A DNA stretch of 64,000 nucleotides from positions 88,947-152,946 of the forward strand of contig JAHLWZ010000022.1 of the NCBI GenBank assembly GCA_020536535.1, given 5' to 3'. The position numbers and the translations under genes were made by a program. This DNA comes from Pelomyxa schiedti (taxonomy: Eukaryota; Protista; Evosea). Numbering within the stretch: position 1 is the first letter of the stretch; each line of letters opens with the position of its first letter. Under the pieces are notes generated by a model. The model was not told the DNA's origin, ran no database searches, and saw only the letters and a list, made by a program, of their open reading frames with translations. Shown one piece after another: positions 10,201 to 35,308 of the stretch.

Positions 10201-13200
10201 GAAAGGAGAAGGTCTTCTTCCATGGAACGCTCCAAGGAGCACAGACCCTCAAAATCCAAGGCAACAATTAACCGATCAGACTTTTCACGCACACTCATCC
10301 AGCAGCCGTTTGTGCACCTTCCTCCCGAAATATCGAAGAGAACACCCAAGAGGTGGTTGAGAACATAACTTTTCCCAGTGCTTTGCTTGCCCATGGATGT
10401 GACAACAAACACTGGCTTTCTTGTGCAGGATGCAAAAACTGACTCGAGCAGTCCAAATGAAATTTCATCAGCGACATCATTCTGGTCTTTGTTCCCAATT
10501 GTGCGTGGCTTCTGGACAACACCATTATCTATAATCTCCAAGCAGTTATTGTCGACTCGAGCAATCTGGATTGGAACTTGAGATATAAGAGTCTTGAGCC
10601 ACCTTCCACAACCAGTCGGCTCCATACAGTCCGAGTCCGACTCGTTCCATCCCTCCTCAATGCCACAAGTGACGTGATTCGAAAAGAATTCATCGGCCCT
10701 CTCCCTACCAACCTTGAATAGGCCAGAGAGCAAGGTCTGTCGTTTTGCAAGGCACTTTGATACCAGGGTGCTTATCTCAGGTGTCAGTGTTGGTACCACT
10801 ACCATCAGCTTGCACGGTTTGCAATGCTCATTTGTGTCACAAACTGCTGTGATTGGAAATTTGTCAAACATCAAGTAAAGGTAATCCAGGATAGGACGAG
10901 AAAGTTGTTGATTTGAAACTATCTTGGAGCTCTGCATTCTGAAATCGGTGCGTTTCACCTGAGCTTCCAACACCACTGAAGAAATGCGGTTCTCACTGGC
11001 ATGATATTGAACTAAATGTTTCTCCAACTTGCCGGCAGTACAAAAATCCACAAGGATCGTGGAGCCAAGAAGCTGTGGATTGAGCAAGTTGGTGTCACAG
11101 TGGAGTTCAGTGCTATTGCTCGTGAAACTCCTGACAGAAATTCGAGCACTCTCACATGATCCAGAAACCTCCATTTGTGAAAGCGTCACAAAACAGTCTC
11201 GATCAATAATTAAAGGCCTTCCATTGACTTTCAAGTCACAAATTTTGTTATGCTCGAAGTCATAGAGCTTAGTTGTCGTTGGAAATAGCAGCATCACCTT
11301 GTGTCCTCCTGGAAGAGGGATAACTTCAGTCAACTTGGAGAAGGTTGGGTCAAAAGAGAAAGAACCCAAAGTTTGGTAATTATTGTATGAGTCAGTGAAC
11401 ATCAGGGCATGAACACTGGCAATTGGTGGAGGATATGCCACAGCAAACACCCTGGTGGATTCACAGAAATTAAAAATACAACCAGATGCCCGCCTCTTCA
11501 GTGTAAAAAAGGAGTCATGGTGCCCCTCCTGACGAATAGAAATGGCCAAATTTGGATCGCCCTTGGATCTCTCTGTTCCCACAAGCATGATGTTATTTGA
11601 AGGCAATAAAAACCCACTCAGAACAGTTGCCAGACGAGATGAAAAACGCCGGGGTTCCGCGAAAGATTCCCTGCAAGATTCAGCTGTCCTCTCTGCCCCC
11701 ATTTCTATCACCGTGATTTCTAGGTGCGCAGCTTCCTCTTGTTCGAAGAGAACACCAAGCTCAACTTTCCGGCCACTGTGGTCCAGGCTTAAGTTTGTGA
11801 TGCGGGATTGTTTGGTGTTGGTGGATGGAAGTTCCTTTGCAATTGCTTTATCAAGTTGAGAAGAAACCTCTTTTGACCAAGCTGCATAATAGTGAGAAGG
11901 GTTGCTCAACACATCAACCTTGATCTTTTTGACAAGGGCTTCAATTCGTTGCTGCAGGCTATTGGGTGCCAGGGTATCTGTTGCCTCCAGTGTTCCAGCT
12001 GACGAAATGTGGGATCCTGTCATAGACCTTAACCATCTTCCTGGTTGCATCCAAGATGATTCTGACTTTCCAAGAGAGTTGTTTTCCAACAGGGAGGAAA
12101 GGTCTTTATCGTAGGTGTCCAAGCAAGTGGGGACAAGATCGTCACTGAACTCTTTTGGTAAAGAATGGAACATTGGCGACTGCAACAATTCCTTGGGCAA
12201 GTCACAGCTAAGTTTCATCCTCATGTGTAGCACGACTTGTACCGCAATCCCGTCAAGTCGTCTTTTTTTCCAACCTTCAAACTCACGCACGAGACTGTGG
12301 TTACAAAGATCCAGCAGTTGAAACTTTTGTTCCCAGGTGAGACTCTCTGTGTTACACTCACTGCCCTGAAGGAGGGCCAACAGCTGCTGTTTGAAGGAAG
12401 AAAGATCGAAGTTGCCAGTGACAGGCACAAGCTCCGATTTTGAAGGGACTTCCTGCCAACTTACAAACCCCACTGTGTGACTGCCCTTGCACATCATCCA
12501 GGGGGTTTTATTTGGAAGAGGGAGAGAGCAAGTAAAACCCTTCTGGACCTCGCATCGCTCTTGGATACTGTTCTCTTGAACCACACAGTGTATTAGCCTT
12601 GATTCCTGGGATATTGGGCTCTGCTGGTGAAGTTCTTCAATCATTCTCCCGGACAAGACAAAGAAAATCCTGTCGCACAGGGTGTAAAAAAAGCGCAGTA
12701 AGAGGCATGCAGGGTCAGAAATCTGAACGAGGGAGAAGCTTTCTGCTGCTGGAATAAAAACGAGGATCATCACCCCTATGCCCTGCATGTGGGAGCTTGG
12801 CGCAAAACTAGTGATAAACGCGTGAATCCCGGGTTGCTCCACGGGGAGTTTTGTGATGGAAGAAAAAGCACCCGTTCGCATCAAGAACTGCGTCACCGTT
12901 GGCGGATCCCCAAAGAACCCGAGTGTGATACTGCACTTGGATCTATCCAGCTTGTCGAAGTCGATAAACTCACCATCTGTTATGCAAGCCTCCCCCAGAA
13001 TTCGGTTGGCAAGAGAGAGCACATTTTGTCCCAGAAGCTGAACCTTGTGCACAGACCCCTCTACCATGGTAACCAGGTGGTGGGGTTCATGGCTCACTTG
13101 TTCCAACATGCATGGAAAGGCACTGGCCGCAGGCAAAGGGGAAGGTGAAGGCGAAGGGTTGGAAGAGACAGAAAGTGGTGGAGGGGCTTGGAATAATTCT

Positions 13201-13860
13201 TTCTTCACGTTCTCCAACACGTTGACAGCTGTTTTTTTTGGCATCTTCACGGACTGTATCAGCCTTTCAACATTAAAAGGAAGGAGGTCTTCCAAGTCCT
13301 GGAATCCTGCGTTGACCAGCGCAGGAGGGAAATCTTTCAACTTAGAATAAGGGGTACCCCCTGGGTCACTTATTGGCACTGCTCGCCTTTGCAATTTGAG
13401 TGTCCACCCAAGTTTGCAGCCTGAGTCCTGGAAAATTGCCGGAGGAGCCTCCCTCAACCCAGCCAATGTGCACGGCTTGTCACACATCCTCAATGCTTTG
13501 CACACAGACTCTTCAGCATCACACAATCCAATATCTTTTGCAAGTGAGAAACACGAAAAAAGAGGGGGAGAGGAAAAAAAAGGCAACATTCTTTCAAATG
13601 ACCAAAAACATCACAAAATACAAGACTCGTCTATAGGCGCACAGGAAAGCACAACCTTTCAACTTGAGGTGAAGATCGGTGACAGACAAGGCCTGACGCA
13701 CCGACAAGTAGAGCGACGCGTCAACGTCGTCCTTGTTCTCGTCCAGCTGCCGCAGGAACTCAGTAGGTGGTGTTCCGTCCATATCGAAATTAAGGGCATC
13801 GAGCGCACTCACGTCAATCCCCGCGCCGACCAGTGTCTCCCTGACGCTGTGCCCTGACAT
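7234..13860 (-). CDS. Giant GB1/RHD3(VLIG)-type GTPase with N-terminal HhH/SAM-like segment, Cys/His-rich zinc-finger array and C-terminal vWA (copy A)
   Basis: G1 GKQSTGKS, G2 RCT, G3 DFEG; many HxCxxxC units; vWA with VVFCLDRSSSM and, after an intron near 7660-7704, LIVVSDGG. Exon 1 (MSGHSVRE, 13860) joins via intron 13535-13655. The same structure occurs in copy B. Confidence 0.88.
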
Positions 13861-13959
13861 GTTTTCTTTTGTTTTTAACCGGTTTATCTTGTTCTTTAAC
13901 CCAAAAAACCACGACAACTTAGTTTAAACCAACTTTTTCTGGTTGGAAGACCGCAATTG

Positions 13960-15141
13960 CCGATGCACCAAAAGAGACCATTTTCGAACAACCAATAGCC
14001 AAGTTACTACTGAAGGAATCTCCAAGTGACACCTGTGTTCCAGACCAGTGAGGTAATTTCCCTACATTTTGTTTCTGTGTCAATTCCCTTGAGACCCCAA
14101 CGCCTTTGGTTCCGTTCTATTGATAATCTCTGCACCACGCTCCTTCTAACTTCTCTTCTTTCCCTGTGTGGGGAATAGTGACTATGTTTTACTTTGTAAT
14201 TACTTTTGGTGCGTGATGGCCACCGTTTACAGGCACCAAAAGGAGACGGGAGATAAAATGTGAAGGAAGCGGAAGGGTAGAGGGCTTGAAGACTTGGGAG
14301 TAGGTGGTGTTGCTAGCGAAAAAAGGAGTGTTCCACCAACAAAGCCTGTTTTTTACAGCAGTAGTTGAATGGCTGAAAGTTCACCTGATTTTTGTTGGTT
14401 AAAGTGATTGCGTTCAGTGAAATGGACCTTTGTTTGCCCTAGACTACTCCCTTGTCCATCGCTAGTCAGTTGATACAGTGCGGAGTGAGAGACATGTGGC
14501 GAGTACTAAGGGGACCCATATCGTTCAAAGGGGTACAATCAACACACCAATCCATCCACACGGTAGGCAAATTTGAGCTGGGAATGCTTTTCACCTGTCT
14601 CAAAAGTCACTAAGTTACAAGGCAACAACAGTACGCTACATTAATCCCAGCAGGGGAAAACAGTTCATAAGACTGAACGTTGGGGCTCTTGTTGCAAGAG
14701 ATTGCGTAGAAAGGGATTCCGCCCTGTTCACCATAGCTGAAGTCGATAGTTAGGCCCCAAACAGTCAAAAGCACCCCTTTTAGTGGAAACAACATACAGT
14801 AGTTTAGTCGGAGTGATCATGTATTTCGGAATATCGCAGTAAGAACGTAAAACGTGCTTCGCCTGCTTTCGCCAATTGTATGCGGCCTCCAGAACACAAG
14901 ACCCCTCGGCGGATATTTTTGTGTAGGGACAGTACGCCACGAACGAGTTGGGGTTGCTGGCGCAGTCCTTGGGAATGAAAAACACCTGCCAGTACCGCGC
15001 GTTGCACGACGTAGCTGCCGACGCAGATGCAGACGTCGATGCAGATGCAGATGCCGCGGCGGCAGTTGTGGTAGATGTTACGGCGGCCGTGACGTGGTTC
15101 ATTTCGACAATTGGTTGTGGTGAGACTTCGGCGGTTGCCAT
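13960..15141 (-). CDS. Hypothetical spliced protein, possible WWE-like domain; 3' end uncertain
   Basis: ATG at 15141 with a Thr/Ala/Ser-rich N-terminus typical of genes here. The segments YWQVF...SAEGSCVLEAAY...LTIDFS loosely resemble WWE. Downstream exons are unresolved. Confidence 0.35.
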
Positions 15142-15376
15142 TGTTGTTTTGTATGTATTGTGTTGGGTAGGCGTTTGTTGTCGTTGTTACGGAGCTGTTT
15201 GTTACGCTGGTTTGTTTACAAAAAATGCTCGCTGCAGTGCTCTTATGGTTGTTGCTTGTCCAGTAGGTGATTTATTTTTCTTTGATAATTCATATTTTTT
15301 CTTGTGTCTCGGGTTTTTCTTTTCTTTGTTTTGCAAGTCGGAATAAGAAAGGGGAATGAAAGCTAAAAATGGAGCC

Positions 15377-18300
15377 TCAGTGGTTCTCTCGTAGCGGGAA
15401 GAGCTCGCGTGTGAGGACGCCCTCTTCTCTCTTTTTGTCCAACCAGTGTCCGCACGGGAATTTCACTGCGGGCTTATCTCCAACTGTGATTGTGATGCTG
15501 TCCAGGAACCAGCCTGGTCCAGGACCCTGTGTGATTGGTGGGATTAGTGCGGTTTAGTTTGCGTGAGTGTTGCGGAATGAATTTAGAGCTTAGAGCTGAG
15601 GATAAATGGAGATTTACGCACAGTGTTGTCGTGCCACACGCGCAGTTTAGAGAGTGCACCAATGTCCGGGAGCTCCAAGGTGAAGTTGTCTGTGTGCCCC
15701 TTCTCGAACAAGTTACCTTTCCCTACAAGAGGGCAAACACCGCTGCTCATCTCTGGGGGAGTTCCAAAAAGCTCAATGAATACGTTTGCGTCGGTACCGG
15801 CATGGGAGAGCTTTCCGGTAACCACTGAAACCTAAAGAAATTTCAATCACGTTGTGGGGATAAAATCTATTGTGGAGGATACCTGATAGTTAAGATAGGG
15901 CAGACTGGGTACCCCGTCTTCAGTTGAAGCCATTATTTGCCGATCAATCTGCTTATCTCCTCCATGTTTATCAAACCACTTGCCACAGATAAAGAAGCAT
16001 TTTTCAAGTGCATTGCCTTCCTCTTTCTCCTTTGTGACGATAACTTTGTCCAGGAACCAGGCTATGAAAGGGTCACTTAAAAATTACAAGTGAATTCTCC
16101 TACCAGAGTTAAATCCGTGGCCGTTGTGACCTATCCTCATATACAACAGTGGGCCCAAGTCATAGCACTCAAAAACGAAGACATCCTTGCTCCCTCTTTC
16201 AAACGATTTGCGTTTTGCAGGGAGCACATATTTACTGGAGTCTCCTAATTTGCCAAAAAGATGGATGTATACATCGGCATCCGTGCCTGCTCCGCGACAG
16301 TTTCCGGTTTGAACTTCGATCACATAACGCAGCTGTGGTGGAAAATAAGTTGAATGTTACTGTTTTTGGAAAACATACCATCTCAGCACCGGCAGGAGTG
16401 GAAGTGCTTAACTCCCTCTCGATCCTGTGATCTCCTTCATGAACGGAGAACCACTGATTGCAGTTGAAGGTAGTAACTACAGACTCTTCTCCTTCTTCTG
16501 AAACCATTACTTTCTCCAAAAACCAAGCAGCACCAAATCCGGCATTGTCGTGGCCAATAGTTACTCTGTTGATCACACCAAGGTCAACACATTCCACACT
16601 AAATTTGTCAGTCTTGCCACGCTCGAAACAACTACTCTTCCCCTCCAGCCATCTTCGTGAAGAGGAGCCGCCAGTGCCATGTAGCATAGCGTAAACATGG
16701 GCATCAGTTCCAGCACCACGACACTTTCCAGTTACGACTGTAATTATGTAATGCTTCATTGGAGCACAGGGTACACCGTCTTCGTTTCTTGCTGGCAACT
16801 CTCGGACAATTTGCTTATCATCTTCATCATCTGCAAGCCATCTGCCACACAGGAAGTACCACTCTTTTCCGCCTTTCAGCATTTCAGATACAATGACTTT
16901 GTCCAAGAACCAGCCGGCATTCAACCCGCTGTTATCGTGACCAATAATAACTTTATGCAATTCACCCAGGTCTTGGCTTTCCACCTCAAATTTGTTGGTG
17001 GAGTTCCTATCAAATCCAGATCTTCCCTCCAATATCTTCTTGCCAGTTGTAGCTTTTCCTCCCTCTCCCACTATTTCAATAAACACTTTAGCATCAGTTC
17101 CACCACCTCTTCTATCTCCAGTGACAACTGTAACTTGGTATTGTTTGAGAGGCTTGGTTGGATTAACGTCAGACATGCTAGCAGGTAGCTCTCTCTCAGT
17201 GAAGTGATCTTCCTCGTCACGGGCAAACCACCTGCCACAGGGGAAGTGCCAAATTTTCCCCGAGTCTTGCTCTCGAATAACAACCTTAAAATGTGTAAGC
17301 AAGAAAGATTGTTTAAAGGGATAGGATACTTTTTCCAAGTACCAGGCAGCATTTACACCACTGTTATCGTGTCCAATTATGATTTTCTGTAGTTCACCCA
17401 AGTCAACACACTCAAATTGAAAGCTGTCCATGTGATTCCTCTCAAAAAGATTGCCCTTGCCCTCAAGTTTCCTCTTCTCTGAGGTTCCTTTTTCACCAAA
17501 TATTTCCAAAAATACGTTGGCATCTGTTCCAGCACCCCTAATGTTGCCAGTATGCACATTTATGATGTAAATTCTTAACGGAGAACATGATTCTCCATCT
17601 TGAGCAAGTGCTTGAAGTTCTCTAGAAATTTCGTGATCTCCTTTACTCTTATCCAGCCATTGACCACACAGGAACCACCACTTCTTACCATGCGCTATTT
17701 CTTCTTCCACAATAACCTACAAAATTAAAATGTGAGGTACATAGTATAATTTCAAAGTCTAACCTTATCCAAAAACCACCCTGCGTTTATTCCAAAATTG
17801 TCGTGCCATATTTTCAGTGACTTCAGTTCACCCAAGTAGTCGCACTCAATCCCGAATGTGTCCGATTTCCCTCGTTCAAAGAGATTACCTGCGGCATCTA
17901 GTCTCTTTTCTCCACTTGTGCTCTTGTACCCAGTGATATCGACATAGACCCGGGCGTCGGTACCAGCCCCTCGGCGGTTACCAGTAATTGTAGTTATACG
18001 ATATCGGTGAAAGGGTAGCGATGTAATGGCGTCGTTGGCAGAAGCAGGAAGTACTCTTTCGATTAGCTTATCTTCTTTGCTCTTCGACAACCATTTCCCA
18101 CAGAGGAAGTAGTAGGTTAAATGGGTTTCCTCCTCATGTATAATGACCTTGTCCAAGAACCAATCAGCTCCAACTCCTTTATTGTCATGTCCAATTGTAA
18201 CTTGAACAAGCTTGCCTAAGTCGACACATTCAACCCCAAAATCATCAGATTTGTTTCTCTCAAAAGTGTTTCCAGGGGCATCCAAGCTGCGCACACCACT

Positions 18301-20223
18301 GTCACCATTCTCACCATGAATGTTTATGTAGACATTTGCATCTGTGCCAGCACCACGTTTATCTCCAGTTACTGTTGTAATCCTGTAATGTCGTAGAGCT
18401 GCACAACTCCACTTTGAACCATCAGAAGCTGCAAGTAATTGTCTCTCAGTCAAGCCATCTTCCATGTTCTTTGACAGCCATCTTCCACAAGGGAAAGTCC
18501 AGGACTTTACACTATCTTCTTCTTTCACGACAATATGGTCCAAGAACCAGGAACTACTCAATCCCTTGCCATCGTGGCCAACCACACAGCGTTGAAGATG
18601 TCCTAAATCTTGGCATTCAAACCCAAATTCGTCTGTTTTGTTCCTCTCGAAGCAATTTCCAGGTTTATCCAGTTTTTTGTTTCCACTTTCACCCTTCTCG
18701 CCAAAAACATTTATGTATACATTTGCATCCGTTCCTAGTAGAGTTACATGAGTTCTCAAAAGTATTATTCAAGTGAAAGCAACCTGCACCACGTCTGTCC
18801 CCAGTCTTCACCGTAACGCGGTAACGTTTTGAGGTGGCCGCAGCACCATCAGTAGTGTCACGGTCGCTAGCAGTTAATTCTCTCTCCCATGGTGACGGAT
18901 CTCCCAACCAGTCACCACATGCAAAGAACCGTTCACTGACTGCTGGTGTTTCCACACAACGCACGGTAACTTTCTCCAAGAACCACGGTGAAGGTGGATC
19001 AGTTTGTGCAACAGCCACCTTAACTCCCTGAAGCTCTCCCACGTGTTTAGTTATAACACGGAAAATGTCATCACGCCCACGGGAAAATACGCCTTCTGCT
19101 GCACTTTCCAAGGGGAGGGCAGGTGAAGTCAATTTGGAACCCACCAATACACAAGTAACGCGGGATGTTGTAGTGGCACCTTTGCGGTCTCCAGTTTTTG
19201 TCCGAATCATGTACGTGACGTCACCCTCCAACACGACCGCCTGGGCGGCAGCTGCTGAGGAATCAGTCCTGAAGTAATTAGTAAACAAAATAAGAAAGTG
19301 ACACAGAATACACACCCAGCTTCAGCAACTCGTTGCTTATCATTTAATAATTTTCCTATAGGAAAGCTCATTTGAGCTCCAGGCTCACCAGAGAGGGTTA
19401 TTACAGCTACAGTCACTCGATCAAGCTTCCACCCATCAGCCTTTCCTGACTCAGGTCCACGCTCAACCCTTACCCGTGTAACAGCTCCAGGGTCTCTGGT
19501 TCTTACCCTGAAAGTTTTTGAAGATCCACGTGGGAATCCATCCTTTGATTCCACTTCCATTGGTGGTGGTGGCGCAACAGCACCAGACCCAATAAACTGT
19601 ACTTTAACCTTCTGAGAGTTCATTCCAGCACCTTCCTCGTCTGCAGTAAGGAAAGTGACGTCGAATTGCATCATTGCACTTCCAGAAGCAGCAAATGCAG
19701 CAGCACTGGCAGGAGTGGAAGCCGAGCTTACAAAACATAGCCGGAGAGTGAGAGTGCCATGCTCAACATCAATAAGTTTGTGGGTGGATTCTACAGTGGC
19801 CCCTACAGCCAGAGCGGAAGTATCCAGTGGAAAACGGCCAAGTGAATCTATTCGTGTTGTAATGAGAAAAGAAGACAGGGGTGTTATTTACCGTCCCACA
19901 CAAGGTCTTCATCGAAGACACGAAATTCCACACACGGTTGCTTCTTAGGAGCAGCGAGCTTCAACTCAAAGTCTTGGTTCCACGTTGGCTCGAGAGTGTT
20001 TTTGATAACCTTGGTCCGTATTTTTTGCGACTTGTTAGACGCATCCGTGTACCGTATTTCCACGTAAGGGTCAGAACCCCCACCGGCATCTATTGGAACA
20101 AAGCGTAAAGTTTTAGCACGCACACTACCCACTAACAACAAACAATAAAGCGTAGATCTCGACAGTACCTTTGGCCACCAAGTTTGATGCGGAGACCACA
20201 GTAACGTACAGTGTCCCGGCCAT
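15377..20223 (-). CDS. C2 domain + 10 PLAT/LH2 repeats (LOXHD1-like), multi-exon
   Basis: Spliced start MAGTLYVTVVSASNLVAK|DAGGGSDPYVEI...TKVIKNTLEPTWNQDF is a C2 domain. Ten units follow the pattern Y.I.V.TG..RGAGTDA.V...IGHDN.G....WFL.KV...F.CG.WL, the first two degenerate. Stop TGA at 15377-15379. Confidence 0.92.
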
Positions 20224-20399
20224 CCCTTGGTTTTTTTTTTTGTTTTTGAACATTCCGCTAAGTTCACGTTCGAAAAACCCGTTGGCACTTTAAGGTGCCA
20301 CTCTCGGTGATTTTTGATTTGATTGACATTGTAGCCTAATTGTATTAATAGCTCCTGTGGGCCTGTGTCTGGCACGTTTGGAAACATTTTGGGGTTTTT

Positions 20400-32912
<12,513 letters not shown>

Positions 32913-33030
32913 TCCGAGGTAAATTGTATGCACAACTTTCGAAGACGAGAGTGACGGAGCTACGGGAAAAAAACTTTTGTTTTGGAAAAGGCAACGACAA
33001 TCACAACACGAGATCGGGCAGGCAACCTAA

Positions 33031-35018
<1,988 letters not shown>

Positions 35019-35308
35019 ACTTTGCTTGTGGGAGTGCGCTGAAGAGACTGGACTTTACTAGTACAGTCTTTCTTTTTACTCTTCTCAGGTGAGCTTCTCA
35101 GGCATTCCCTCAGAGACCTGTCATCCTGGGAGAAGTGATCAGTTGGTTATTTCCCCTGTCTTGGTTCTGTGAGGTTTCTGTTTTGAGCCGGATGAACCAA
35201 GTTAGTCAGAAGGTACTTTTTTCGGCCGGTTGTTATTACCTGTTTGGTAACCCCTAACCCAAGTAACTTGTCACGATTTTTTACTCTTGTTACAAACAAA
35301 AGACCGCC

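Noticed and set aside
7698-13589. Sey1/atlastin ortholog or transposon/viral polyprotein
   Set aside because: No TM hairpin, and no RT, integrase, protease or terminal repeats. It has spliceosomal introns and a vWA end.
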